Below are positions 1 to 12,551 of a DNA stretch of 64,000 nucleotides, piece by piece (positions within the stretch are counted from its first letter, which is position 1; the number at the start of each line of letters is the position of its first letter). The stretch lies in assembly GCA_963729045.1 (NCBI GenBank), contig CAVSMN010000010.1:1-64000 (forward strand), read 5' to 3'. The notes below the pieces were generated by a model. The model was not told the DNA's origin and did no database searches. It saw nothing but the letters and a program-made list of their open reading frames with translations. Position numbers and translations under genes: made by a program. Source of the stretch: an uncultured Nitrososphaeraceae archaeon. GTDB taxonomy: Archaea > Thermoproteota > Nitrososphaeria > Nitrososphaerales > Nitrososphaeraceae.

Positions 1-187
1 GCGGTTTACAAACTATGGAATAAATCACTTCTTTACGACGTTTTAAAATAATATTTTATTCTAATTCCCATATTTTGTGTTCAGCTATGTGTGTGAGTTG
101 CTTTGGTACTCACAAAATTGGCACATTAATTTTCTGAGAACAAATGGTATTTTCGGAGAATAGGCCATTTATAGACAAGGCAATCAG

Positions 188-2197
188 TTAATAATCAATA
201 TTAAATTTAGGTGGAAATAAATTCAGTCCTGCTATAATGTGCTTACATTTTACATGCCTATAAATAAAATCATTACAGGTACAACTCTGTTCTTCCAAGT
301 TCACGAGATAATTTTTTTCTTTATCCATAGAAGTCTTTACCTTGTAAATTTTCCCACTATATTTAAGCAACTAACTATCGAGATTTGAGTCATCCTTATC
401 TTTTTTGACTTTTGTTTTGATATTCTCTTCAACTATTAGAGATGCTTCATTAAGAGTTGACTCTATAATATCATATGCTCTATGAATTCTATTCTCATGA
501 TTTTCTTTTTTAAAAATTATTTCTTTCTTATACGTCTTGTTCGACCTTTTTATAGTCTCATTCGATAAGTGGTGTATTTGATGGTTTTTTCTGTGGTAAC
601 AGAGAAGCAGTTGGTTGTTGTTCTTATAGTTGGTGCCTCTGTTTTTACCTCCACATCCTTTGATATGGCTTTAAGATCCTGTTTCTTGTGGATTTTAATC
701 CCTTCATTTTCAACTGTTACTGCTTTATTTACTACTCTAATCACATGGTCGTCTTTTGTATCAGGAACGTATACGACATATATTAACGCAATATTCTTGC
801 CCTCATATTTTCGAAGCACTCGGCCTTTTCTTTGGACTATTTGGTTTATGTTAGATGTAGTAGCCAAGATAATCTCTATCCTGACTTGAGGAACATCATA
901 ACCGATTTCCAAAGTATGCACAGATAAAAGGACGTTAAAACCAGGACCCCAAGAATTCAGAATCCTTTTCCGGTCTATTGCTCTTACCTTAGCGTCAATA
1001 ATTTTCGATTCTATTCCTCCACTTTTCAAAATATCCCTCAACTTTTCAATGGATTCTATTGTCTCACTAAATACCATAATTTTTTCATCCGGAAATTTAT
1101 TTTGAATTATATTTGCTGCCGCGGTTAATTTATTATCAGCATAGCTTAACAACAACTTTCTTTTTCGAAATGTTTGCAAACCTAGCTTTCGCCATTCCAC
1201 TTGCAAATCCACCTTTTTTCAAAAGATTGGTCATTGAACTGACATCATATCTTTTGAATTTATTTGAAATATTCTTTATCTTTGTGGAATAGACATGGTA
1301 TTCTTTAATTTCACTTTCTGTTAGAGAAACTTTTATTGGGATTACTATGGGTTTGGCTAGTCTTTTATCCTTAACTGCCTTTTTAATGGAATATCTTTTT
1401 ACAGGCGGTAATACTGCAAGCACGGGGACGATTTTTAAAATCCTTCTCATCTAAGGTGGCTGTGAGACCTAAAATTGCCTTTTTTGGATCTTCGATTACA
1501 ATATCAAAAATTTTAATAAATGATGTTGAAGTGTCTCTTATCAAATGCACTTCATCAAATATCACCATATTAGAACGTCGAACCAGTAATGGATTTCGTA
1601 TTACACTATGGTAAGTGCATATCATTATCTCCCTTTTTTCTTTGCGTTCTCAAAGTAAACCCCAACTTTCTCTTTTGGGATGCCATATGAAACTAATCTA
1701 TTTAGAGTTTGATCTATTAAGGATATTCGTGGCACCAAAAACAAAATATTGAAAAATGAAAAAGACAGTGTATTTTTTTCTATATTGGGCTTTAATAGTA
1801 GTTTCAATCTGTTTATGAAAAGAAGGTGTATTTTTTTTGTCATTTAATATCAAATTCGCAGAGAACATTTCATCCATTTTCGATGGAGATTTCATCCTTT
1901 CTGGTGAAAGAAGTTGACACACTAGCCTCCTTGCACATTCGAATGCGATTTCAGTTTTTCCATTCTGGTACTGTAGAGGATAGTTCCCCTGTTGTTGTTT
2001 TCCATCCATGCATCTACTGCGGCTATCTGATCATCCTTTAAATCGAAAGGAAGTTTTAACGACAAAATAGAAGGTGAAAGAGTTTGTGTAGATGGTGAGA
2101 TTATAGTATCTATTTTCGAATCCTCTTCAATGATTTCTGATTCCTTTATAATATGATTAGGTCTAGGCTTCATTGCTAAAAAAGCGTAGTATATCAT
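188..2197 (-). pseudogene. Superfamily II (XPB/Rad25-like) helicase with C-terminal SWIM zinc finger, fragmented
   Basis: Consecutive minus-strand fragments carry the Q-motif (LKDDQIAAV), a broken Walker A (GKTEIA), FLVPRISLIDQ, DEVH, LGLTATL, helicase C motifs (EIGYDVP, QRKGRVLR) and SWIM CTCNDF...CKH. At least 5 frameshifts plus an in-frame TAG just before LLKYSGK. Confidence 0.85.
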
Positions 2198-2760
2198 GGT
2201 TTACTGAAGAGATCATTATCTTATTTTGTCAGTTATTATAGCAATAAATTGATTAATATACTTTTACGAAAATAAAAATTAATCCTCCATTAGAAAATAT
2301 GGATAGTTTGGCACCGGACAATGACTGATTATATGTGCCTGGAAAGGTAGGATAAGTCTTGAAATGGTAGGATCATTTTAATACTATGTTTAAGAACATG
2401 GATGGTTAGTGAGGTGGGAACAGTGTGTTACGATTTGAATAATGCGTCGAGCAGAACTAATAGATGATCGGAGATGATACAAAGGCTTTATTCTTAGGAT
2501 TCTTTGTTTGTTTGATAAATACTATAATGAACAGATTGTATTATAAAATTTATAGGATATTGGGGCTTCTCAAGAGCAATACTCTATTCAGGATTTATTT
2601 GGATTTGCCCGCGGAGCCGAAAAAGGTGGATTTACTGCTACCATGGACAAGAGGATTCACTTTTAATATCCTGAGGTTATCAGTGATAACTATTTTTAAT
2701 TGTGAAAACTGTCATGAACTTTTTAATATGATTTCATTTCTTTTTAATTTCTTTTTTATT

Positions 2761-3503
2761 TCATTGCTGGGTTAACCAGACCTTAAACTCTTGTATTAGC
2801 TGGTTAATATCAATTATATTTCCATCCCATTCTTGGAGGATTTTAACTCGTGATTCTTCTAGATTGATTCCTTTACTTAAAAAACCAACCATATTATAAG
2901 TATCAGGAATTCTGACCATACAGTTTGAATATCTGGGTTGTTGTGAAAGATCGGACTTTCCGTTCGTCAAATATCTCCTGCAAATTGCAAAAATACTTCT
3001 GACATATAATATTCATAGTATCGACCATTCATTGAAAATAGATTCTGAAATCTTCCTTTAGAAAATTCAACTTCGGTATCCAGAATTGGAACCTGTACCG
3101 GTAAATAAATATGATATCCATTACCAGTCCACAACACGGTAGGTAGACCCTGGATTTTTTCTTTTATTTTTATTAAAGTTTGTTTTAAGAGATAATCGAG
3201 TTTTCTGATTGGGTAAATGCATGTTTTGCAAAGGGAAAGATCCAAATCTATGAGAATAAAATTGGGTGATTGGATGAGCCTTCCGTTAATTTCTAAAATT
3301 TCAGGATAGGCATTTATCATACATTCTCTAATAATCCGCTTCTCTACATCTTTGTAATATCTCCTCTTTTGAATTTATTGAGATGAGATCTTTCGAAGTC
3401 AAAGTCATCATTTTGCGTGGAAATATACTAGTGGGACTTTTGAAATGGGATAAAATAAAATCAACGGAGTCTATCTTTATGGTCTGTCGCCTCCTTCCCC
3501 CAT
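2761..3503 (-). pseudogene. Archaeo-eukaryotic primase (AEP) family protein, fragmented
   Basis: AEP motif I LIDLD and motif II WTGNGYHIY. An upstream broken frame reads VDFILSHF..IFPRKMMT, with an ATG at 3503. The downstream fragment has NCMVRIPDTYN. Confidence 0.7.
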
Positions 3504-4120
3504 ATTTTAAAGAGTAATTGCTAATAAAAATACATTGGTAGATTAATTATCTTATTCAACATATTAGTTCTTACTCAGGCCAATAAATTATTTCATCCTC
3601 GAATTCTAGTCCCAATAGCAAAACCTAAAACAAATATTTATTAATTTCATAATAGGGATTGAATGGAAAGTAAATTTTGGAGTAATTCAATAACCAAGTC
3701 TACATCTTTAGTTTTAAACCTCAATCAAACGTAAAAATAAGGTCGAAATTGATTAAGAATAGAATTCTTTTCTATTATTGTTTCTATTCTTCACCCATCA
3801 AGAGTATTAAACTCTACAAATCCTAAATTGGTTTTATTCATTTGCCAACCAGTAGGCTACAAAGGAACATAATATACCCAACTATGTACTTAAAGGATAG
3901 ATTTCCTCAATACCGAACAAATCTGTTCAAATGAAACGTCTCTTAGCCTAGATTTAACATCTGTTATAGTTCATATTCAACTAAAAATTATTTACAGGAT
4001 AACAGCATAAAAATATCTAAATATTATCATATGCCATTATTCTGTCTAAAATAAGAACATGGTATAAATACTATTTTAGGTATACTGAATCAACATAAAC
4101 TTTGATGCGGATAAGATTTT

Positions 4121-4185
4121 CGTAGGAATGGGATGTAATACAGGGGATGCAATGTGTTTTGCTACCATCGCATCCCATTTCTATG
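4121..4185 (+). ncRNA. Long intergenic hairpin, candidate small RNA
   Basis: CGTAGGAATGGGATGT pairs with GCATCCCATTTCTATG using G.U wobbles on the + strand. TATAAATA lies at ~4063. Confidence 0.3.
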
Positions 4186-4616
4186 TTTGAGGTTCTAAAT
4201 ATTTTATTAATCTGTAGTTTACTAATTTAAATACAAGTATATCAAAACTAATCATTTTCTATCATACTTACCACCCTATTTTCTTTTCATGGTCTGAACT
4301 CAAAAAAGAATTTTGATGTTGCAAAGATAAAAGAGATGAATTTAGTGATTTTTATCCCTATTTCTGCCACTTCAATTTTATGACTTTTTGAACATTTATA
4401 TATTTATTGAGGGATCACAATTCAAAGTTACTCTCCTTGAGATTGATTGATGAGATAACGATAACGATAATCCCTTTGCTACTCCGTAAAGGTAAGCCAA
4501 TTTTAGATCGATATCAAGAGATATTAAAATAACGCATTTAAAAACTCCATATATGACTTTGTCAGGTACAACTCAAATATTTTACTCAACTAGAATAAAT
4601 GATTAGAAATGTTTTT

Positions 4617-5159
4617 TTATATTTTGTTACCATAAAAATATATCTTTATGTAGGTTATTCCACCAGATATAACCCCACACTCAAGATTCCAATTGAAATT
4701 GCTATAGGTGTAATGAAAGAATTCATTATTTCGATATTCTGCTGGCCGATATTTCCTTCTGTAAATACAGACAAAATTCCAGAACCAGCCAGTCCTGCAA
4801 AAATCATGAGTATGGTTGCTAGAGGACCTCTCAATATTCATTCCCAATAGGTGAATCCAAGCTAAAATATTCACAAAACCTGAGATTTTTTTTGCAAGAT
4901 TAATCTCCAATTGAATATAAAACACCGCGGTAACTGCGATGGCAACAATGAATATGAGATAAAATATTATCCCAAGGAAGAACCATTTAGCAGGACCATC
5001 AAAAGACAATGATAGAAATTGGATCATGTCTATTTTACTAGAATAGATGAATTGAGATCCCACCATCAAAAGGGCTATTGAAGTAAGTAGACCACCCTGA
5101 ATGATGGCTGAGAGAATAAAACGATTGCCCCATTTTGCTCTACTCATATCATTAATCAT
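4617..5159 (-). CDS. Multi-pass membrane protein (frameshifted after GMNI)
   Basis: Several hydrophobic helices. An alternate frame continues GPLATILMIFAGLAGSGIL. Confidence 0.7.
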   Translation of the reverse strand: MINDMSRAKWGNRFILSAIIQGGLLTSIALLMVGSQFIYSSKIDMIQFLSLSFDGPAKWFFLGIIFYLIFIVAIAVTAVFYIQLEINLAKKISGFVNILAWIHLLGMNIERSSSNHTHDFCRTGWFWNFVCIYRRKYRPAEYRNNEFFHYTYSNFNWNLECGVISGGITYIKIYFYGNKI

Positions 5160-5733
5160 GTTGCATTACAGCATCTCTCACTTAATATGGATTGATAGGA
5201 AATTCAACGAAAAATCAGATTAAAAACAACATGATCTAAGCAAAAACACGAATTCAAACCTTATAGTATGGTAATTCAATTTCATGCAAAAGACTTCCAT
5301 TGGTTTTGAAGTATCTATCCTTACACAAAGAGCAACTGGTCACTTTATTCTAATATAAGTTCCTATGCACCATTCATTTGCAATTGGTCTACTATCTCAA
5401 TGGATATACACATGTGTGTATAACGTTTCAATCCTACAGATATTTTTCTCAATTAAAGGAAACCACATAACTAGATAAAAACACCAGATTTCATGATCAA
5501 ATACTGCAAAAAATAGATTTTCCTAAAATCATGACTAATAGGAATATTAAGAACTCTAACTAAGGAATTGTTTTAGGATGACATATTATAAAGATGGGAG
5601 ATCGCCGACCGGCCGACCGACTACTCATTCTCTAAATTAATTCTAAAATAAAATATTGTAATCAATTCCCAAGCAGTTTCTAACAGTGAAATAATATTAA
5701 TAATACAAGTACGATTGTATTAGAGATTATTTA

Positions 5734-6714
5734 ATGCATGTCAATGTGAGGAATTTGAGAGAAGATGACCTTGAAGAAGCAGACACCATACTCAGACTCT
5801 CATTTGGTACCTTTATGGGTCTAAATGATCCCATGTCCTTTTTTGGCGACGCAGATTATGTTAGATCCAGATATGCTACAGATCCAAACTCTGCATTTGC
5901 AATAGAAGTTGATGGGAACCTAGCCGGTTCAAATTTTGTTACTAACTGGGGTAGTGTTGGGTTCTTTGGTCCCCTATCAATCCATCCGAACTATTGGAAC
6001 AAAGGAATAGCTAAACATTTGATTATCCCTGTATTACAACGATTATCAAAATTGGAAATCCAATACGCTGGATTGTTTACGTTTGCTCAAAGTCCAAAAC
6101 ATATCTATTTGTATCAAAAATATGATTTTTGGCCAAGATTCCTCACATCTATAATGACTAAAATAATTACTGATGAAAATAACGAGAAAAGATTGGAATT
6201 ATCTCAGAAACATGAATCGCAGCATGAAGTCAGATATTCTGAAATACAAAATGACGTAAAGTCATTAATTTTAGACGACTGCAAATATCTTACCAACGGT
6301 ATTTTTCCAGGACTAGATTTGCAAAAAGAAATATTTGCTGTAGACAGTCAAAAATTAGGTGACACAATATTGCTTTATGATCCTTCTGGAAGCAAGCTAA
6401 TTGGAATTGCAATATGTCACTACGGCAAGGGGACGGAGGCAGGCAGCAATGTTTGTTATATCAAGTTTGCGGCTATATCAACAAATAGTAATTCGCACTC
6501 AAATTTTGTTCGAATGTTGAATTCTGTAGAATTAATGGCATTAGAAAAAGGCATATTTAAAATTACTGCTGGTAGTAACATGGAACGACACTTGGCATAC
6601 AAAGCAATGATCAACTATGGCTTCAAATCAGAGTTCCAAGGAGTATCCATGCACAAAGGAAACAAACAAGGATACAACATTCCTTCCGCTTATATAATTG
6701 ATGATTGGCGTTAA
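5734..6714 (+). CDS. GNAT family N-acetyltransferase (tandem GNAT domains)
   Basis: N-terminal VRNLREDDL and acetyl-CoA motif GPLSIHPNYWNKGIAKHL. 326 aa, intact. Confidence 0.85.
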   Translation: MHVNVRNLREDDLEEADTILRLSFGTFMGLNDPMSFFGDADYVRSRYATDPNSAFAIEVDGNLAGSNFVTNWGSVGFFGPLSIHPNYWNKGIAKHLIIPVLQRLSKLEIQYAGLFTFAQSPKHIYLYQKYDFWPRFLTSIMTKIITDENNEKRLELSQKHESQHEVRYSEIQNDVKSLILDDCKYLTNGIFPGLDLQKEIFAVDSQKLGDTILLYDPSGSKLIGIAICHYGKGTEAGSNVCYIKFAAISTNSNSHSNFVRMLNSVELMALEKGIFKITAGSNMERHLAYKAMINYGFKSEFQGVSMHKGNKQGYNIPSAYIIDDWR

Positions 6715-7256
6715 GGGTCGATACCAGGCCTAGAATATGAATTGATGTATAAACATTTAGATTTCAATATAGCACATCCATATCATCATTTCATCCATCT
6801 GACTTGACTTAGATTTTTCTTTCAGTTTCATAAAGGGACAAAGATCGAGACCTAAACCTTTACCTTTAGGTAATTGTCTCAAACCTCGTTGTATTATGAC
6901 GGGTTAATACTTGGCCTTGAATAATTCCAATCAATGATGACCATCTGGAAACGATCACCTTAATTTATCAATTATGATAATCAACTTGTTTATTACGAAT
7001 CTACGCTGATGAAAAACGGTAGATATAGTGCCATAATATTAAGGAAAAAATGGTCAAGTGTAAGTCCTTAAATTACGAAATTCTTTTTCTATAAATAGTT
7101 TCTATTCCTATATATTTTAGAACACTTATTGCGTCTTTCATTCAAAAGAGTATATAATTTGCATAGAGTCCTGTAAGTATCACACAATCTTCTATTTCAA
7201 TGGAATTTATCAATGGTAGGTAAAACTTACATATCTCCAAGTAACACATCATAGAA

Positions 7257-10009
7257 TTGAATAAATCTATTGTACATGTCGTTCCTCACAGTCATTATGA
7301 TGCTATTTGGATTTTCAGCAAGGAAGAAAATTTTGATATTAATTGTAACTTTATTATAAAAAAGGCTATTGAAATTTTAAAAAATGAAAAAGATTTTAAA
7401 TTTATTATTGAACAGACTTATCTCTTAGAAAATATTGAGACAAGTTATCCAGAACTATTTTCAGAAATTAAACAGTTTATCAAAGATGGGCGAATAGAAA
7501 TTGCAGGAGGAGAATATCTCATGTCAGATGTAATGCTTCCATCAGGCGAAGTATTGATCAGAGAAATTCTAGAAGGTAAAAATTATGTAAAGGAGAAATT
7601 TGGGAAAAATATTTTAGTTGCATGGGGTGCAGATGAATTCGGTTACAATGCACAATGGCCACAAATTCTAAAAGGAAGTGGTTATAAATACTTCGCCTTT
7701 AGAAGGGGAGTAACAGAGCCACTAATATCTGAATTTTATTGGAAAGGCATTGACGGTACATCTATACTATCCCACTGGATGCCCCTAGGTTATCGAGCAG
7801 GATTAGATCTGTCACTTTTACATGAAACTTTCGAACAACTTAGAAGACAATCATCTACAAGACATGTTCTTATGCCTTCAGGCAGTGGTTCCACACCTCC
7901 ACAACCAGAGTTATGCGATACTATCAACAAGTATAATGAATCCGCCAAAAATATCATTGAAAATCCATTAATGAAGGTGTCGACTCCTTCAGAATTCTTT
8001 GAAGCGTTAGAACAAGAAATTGAAGAGAAAAATATCCACATGTCTATCAAAAAAGGGGAGATGTACTCGGGAAAAGCATCATTCGTATTCCCAGACAGTA
8101 CTTCAACAAGATCATGGATCAAACAGGGATTTAAAGAATTTGAAACCTACTTACTCATGCTTGAAAGATGGAATACCATACTTCATTTGATATCAAAAGA
8201 AAATGATCATACAGATGACCTTAAAAAGTACCTGGAAGCAAGCACTATTTTTTGCAATGCATGACTCTTTACCTGGTACTGGTATTGATGCAGTATATGA
8301 TGAGATGAGATCGGCATTTGATAAATTAGAGAATACATTAAAAAAATCACACTTTGAATGTATTAATAAAATATCTAAGATACTATTTAGACAGGACAAT
8401 AAAGCACATCATATCTTAGTGTTCAATTCTGTGTCATGGGACACAAAGGAATGGGTAGAAGCAAAAATCAACTTTGATATTGACGAGGCAATCGAAATAA
8501 TGGAACTTAGAACTGTAAATAGTAACGAAATAGTGGATGTAGAAATACTAGATTTAGAATTACATGAAAAAGATCGAGGAATAAAAAGTGTCCAATTAGG
8601 GTTCATTGCAAGAATACCATCTCTTGGTTTTTCTGCGTATGAAATAATATTCAGGAAAAAAGAAAAAGGTAAGAATAACAATATGGATCAATCACCCCTA
8701 CTTGCATACCCAAGATCCTATGAAACAAAATTCACCTTTGACGATTTCACATTAGAAATTGATGCTGAGACCGGAATATTTACACTAATGAAGGCTGATC
8801 GCCTATATTTCATTGGCAATGAAGTACGTATAGAAGAAGAACTAGGTGACTTGTATTACCATAAAGACGTAACCGGCATAATAAAGTCAGAAAGTGGTGA
8901 AGGTATACCATTTGGAGTATTCAAGAAAGAAAAATACAGTGTTTTGAATGGTAAGATCAGAACTAAAATAGTGTTTCAGAATAAATACTATGCTATTCGT
9001 TGGCCATATCGACTTAATGAAAAATTACCGACTATTATTTACCAGCATAGTTTCTTGACAGTAAGGAAAGAGATATCCATCTACAAGGGGTTGTCTAGAA
9101 TAGATTGCACAACATACATTAGAAAATAATCATCCCCATGTGCGAATTAGGGTTAAGTTTGATGTACCATTTAAAGGATACACTTATTGGACCGGTACAC
9201 AATTTGGTGCTATTCAAAGACCAACTAATTTATTTTACTTAAACAAAGATCCCGATGTACTTAAGAAATGGAAAGAAATACCCAGTGGTACATTTCCTTC
9301 AGTAGAATGGATAGACTTTTCCAACAAAGAACAAGATATGGGTGTTACACTAGCCCATTTTGGTATACCTTCCCATGAAATTAGAGACAATAGTATATAC
9401 CTCACATTATTAAGAGGGGTTGAGACACTTTCTGGAGATGGGACCAAGGGTCCTTGTATCGCCACCCCGGATGCAGCAGAAAAGAGACCATATACCTTCA
9501 AATATTCGTTGCTCCCTCATGACGGAGATTGGCGCGATGCATCTAGCTATAAAGAAGGGATATCTTTTAACATGAAACCAATAGCAATTCATATTTCAAA
9601 CAAAGAACATCAAAAATGGGATGACAATACAAGCGAGTCGAGTTCTGCAGGCGCCACGGTTGATATAATCATATCTAATGGTTTTTCATTTTTGTCCATA
9701 TCACCAAAGAATGTGATCTTAAGTACGCTCAAACTCCCACAAGATTCTAGTCATAATAGCGACTCTAAAGTAGTAATATTACGGTTATATGAAACTGAAG
9801 GTAAAACAGTCACTGCAGACATAAAATTCCATTACCCCATAAAGTCTGCATCATATGTGAACTTGATTGAGGATGATAAGAGCAAGACAGATGATGACAG
9901 TCATGATGATGATAGTGCGATTACGATTTCGGGTCCAAGCAAAAACATTCTTAGCTTCCCTATTCAGGGTTTTAAGATAATAACTTTAAGAATAGAATTC
10001 GATTTTTAG
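7257..10009 (+). CDS. Glycoside hydrolase family 38 alpha-mannosidase (split into 3 ORFs by 2 frameshifts)
   Basis: VPHSHYDAIW, WGADEFG (nucleophile Asp), EFYWKGIDGT, AMHDSLPGT, LTLLRG and VILRLYETEG. Breaks at ~8230 and ~9125. Confidence 0.9.
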
Positions 10010-10353
10010 AACCAATTGCAAACATACGATGAATACACATGTTCCAAATTTTACCATGCAATGTGATCCTTCTCAATAAGCACTAAAACATAGAAACGAG
10101 TAAAAATAATCTCGATCATTTGATGATCGATCCTGTCAATAATATCACATTGAAAATATAAATCAACTTAAAGTTTATGACCTTGTAGTTGTCCTTATTA
10201 AAATGACTTTGTAGAACCGAATCCACAACTCTAACCATTAGATATTGAGATTCGTGTTGGAACTTCTTTAGAAATCGACATCGGTTGTTTAATAGCTATG
10301 GCAATTAGGATCATAGATATATATCTGTCTTTTTATCTAGAAAATGAACATAT

Positions 10354-11650
10354 ATGAAATTACTAACTTTGGCTCCAATCTTCCTTCTGATTGGCATTGC
10401 AGTCTTTGCTCAGTCAGAAGCAAACGCCCAAGGAGGAGAATTTACACTTACAATTAACCCAGGTGCGACTGATAGTAATAGTCTAAACCCGATAGAACCA
10501 GCTAACATTACAATACCAGTCGGGGCTACTGTTGCTTGGCTCAACAAGGATTCCGCTTATCATCAAATAGTATCTGGAACCCCTGAGGCGGGTCCAACAA
10601 ATGTCTTTTATGGAGATTTTTTTGCTACAAATGAGGCATATAATAGGACTTTTGACTCAGCAGGTGTAATCGACTATTACGATCCAATATGGACAAATAT
10701 TAGGGGCCAGGTTACAATTGTGGATGAGAACAATACAGAGTCAGGATTTGGGACAACAGGAAATTTTACCAATAATAATTTCACAAGTAACGATGCAAAT
10801 ACAGGAAATGGGACATCCCTGACTACCGACACTTTGCAATCATCGACAGGCGAGACATTCCAATCAAATAATGTCAACACTCCCGATGCAGGCAATTCGA
10901 ATCAACCACAAACAGGAGTAATGGGAGATAATACCCAGTTATTTACTACTGATCAACAGCAACAGCAACCAGTTCAACAACAGCAACAGCAACAGCCTTT
11001 GCAATCATCGACAGGCGAGACATTCCAATCAAATAATGTCAACACTCCCGATGCAGGCAATTCGAATCAACCACAAACAGGAGTAGTAGGAGATAATACC
11101 CAGTTATTTACTACTGATCAACAGACAACAGCAACCAGTTCAACAACAGCAACCAACACAACAAATCACACAAGACCAGCTTCAAATACCACAACATGGT
11201 CCGATCGATAGTTTTAAAGCAAATGGAAAAATCAATTCATACATTGTAACGGCATTAAGTCCCTGGAATGCAACTGGAGATTGGAATATGGTAGTTGAAG
11301 ATGGTGAAATGAAGAATTTTGTCACCAACATGGCATGGTTTAATGGTACTTCTGGTCATACACATGATTTTTTGAATTTTGAATCAAGTGGCGATATAGA
11401 ACTACCCGCTGATAACATATTGACAATAAATGGAGAAATGGACGTAGCTTCTAATGGAGTCATTACTTGGGATGGCGTTGATTCAACAATCAATATTGGA
11501 GGTGGAGGTAAAACTATAACTATATCAGTAGATCACGAAGATACCGATCACCATTTTGCTGGACAACCAATTGTCGGAACAGTTACTTCATTGACTCCCT
11601 GCTCAGACACGCCTGGAGCTAGTATGGAAATATTACCCACATGTGATTAG
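10354..11650 (+). CDS. Secreted protein: degenerate cupredoxin domain, Q/N/T repeat and His-rich C-terminal domain (frameshifted)
   Basis: Signal peptide, then PANITIPVGATVAWLNKDSAYHQIVSG. The frame shifts inside the second repeat copy and resumes as FKANGKINS...GHTHDFLNF...DHHFAGQPIVGTV. Confidence 0.75.
10832..11153 (+). repeat. 165-bp tandem duplication within the cupredoxin gene
   Basis: CTTTGCAATCATCGACAGGCGAG... begins at 10832 and again at 10997, and the copies are near identical. Confidence 0.95.
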
Positions 11651-11803
11651 AACACCAAAATGACAGCACAAAAATAAAGGCAAAGATATAATACCATCTA
11701 AGAATATTTCTTTTTTTTTGAAGAATCTTTGAAAATAAATATCAAATTCGATTTGGCTGAAATAGGAAGAACCAAACTAAATTGAGGAAATAAAAAGAAA
11801 TGT

Positions 11804-11905
11804 ATGGAGAAGCAAAAGGAGACAAAATTTTTCAAGGAAATACAATCAAAAGTTATTGATTACTTCACTCATGAACTGAGAACACTCCTTCAACAAGTAT
11901 TATAA
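11804..11905 (+). pseudogene. Histidine kinase HisKA (H-box) remnant, 33 codons
   Basis: MEKQKETKFFKEIQSKVIDYFTHELRTLLQQVL* resembles the HELRTPLQPIL H-box. Confidence 0.45.
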
Positions 11906-11976
11906 CACTCCAGAGTAACCAACCTAAAAATTTTGCATTCAGTTAACCAAGATAATAAGTATGATTGAATGAATGA

Positions 11977-12064
11977 TGGATAATGCCGATGGTTGGACTA
12001 TAAGTGGGTAGGGCATAAATCAGGATAAGGATGATGATAAAATCCAACTATCCTGGATTATCCA
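11977..12064 (+). ncRNA. Long intergenic hairpin
   Basis: TGGATAAT..GATGGTTGGA pairs with TCCAACTATC..ATTATCCA around a ~45-nt loop. Confidence 0.3.
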
Positions 12065-12177
12065 CCTAAGGATCATAAAGAAGATACTCTTGTTATAGTT
12101 TGTCTGGTTTCTTATAATCGATATTCAATGGGTTCACCGATTTTTGATAGAAGTATGATATTCTTTAAGATGTTCTT

Positions 12178-12252
12178 CTAGCCATCCTGACAACAATCTC
12201 CGCAGTCACACAGTTGTTCCCCGTAATTTTCACATGTATCATTTAATTCCAT
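12178..12252 (-). CDS. Candidate 24-aa Cys/acid-rich microprotein
   Basis: MELNDTCENYGEQLCDCGDCCQDG*, with a TATA-like ATATATAG ~30 nt upstream of the ATG. Confidence 0.4.
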   Translation of the reverse strand: MELNDTCENYGEQLCDCGDCCQDG

Positions 12253-12551
12253 ATAGTTTATTGTAAGCAACTTCTATATATTACTTACTGATTTCGGCAT
12301 TTATTGGTTAAAAATCGACTAATACGTATTAATATAGCGAAAATCATATTTCTTACAAAAAAAATGACGTTTTTGTTCAAAATTATGAAATCAACTCGTA
12401 ATAAAAGATGTCTATATTTGTTTGGATAATTATGAAAATAATCACCAATTACTTGTATTTTATTGATTAAAATGCTTCAAACGACTAACAAATATCATTA
12501 TAATCATTGTTTTTTTATATTACTTTATCACTTCAATAGTTGTGTATTAGA

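Noticed and set aside
2464..2775. 103-aa + strand ORF
   Set aside because: No family features, and opposite in strand to the flanking remnants. Unsupported.
5603..5622. GCCGACCG tandem repeat upstream of the GNAT gene
   Set aside because: Too short and single-site to interpret.
10832..11153. Possible CRISPR or repeat array
   Set aside because: Only two in-frame coding copies with no spacers. No CRISPR array or cas gene was seen anywhere in the window.
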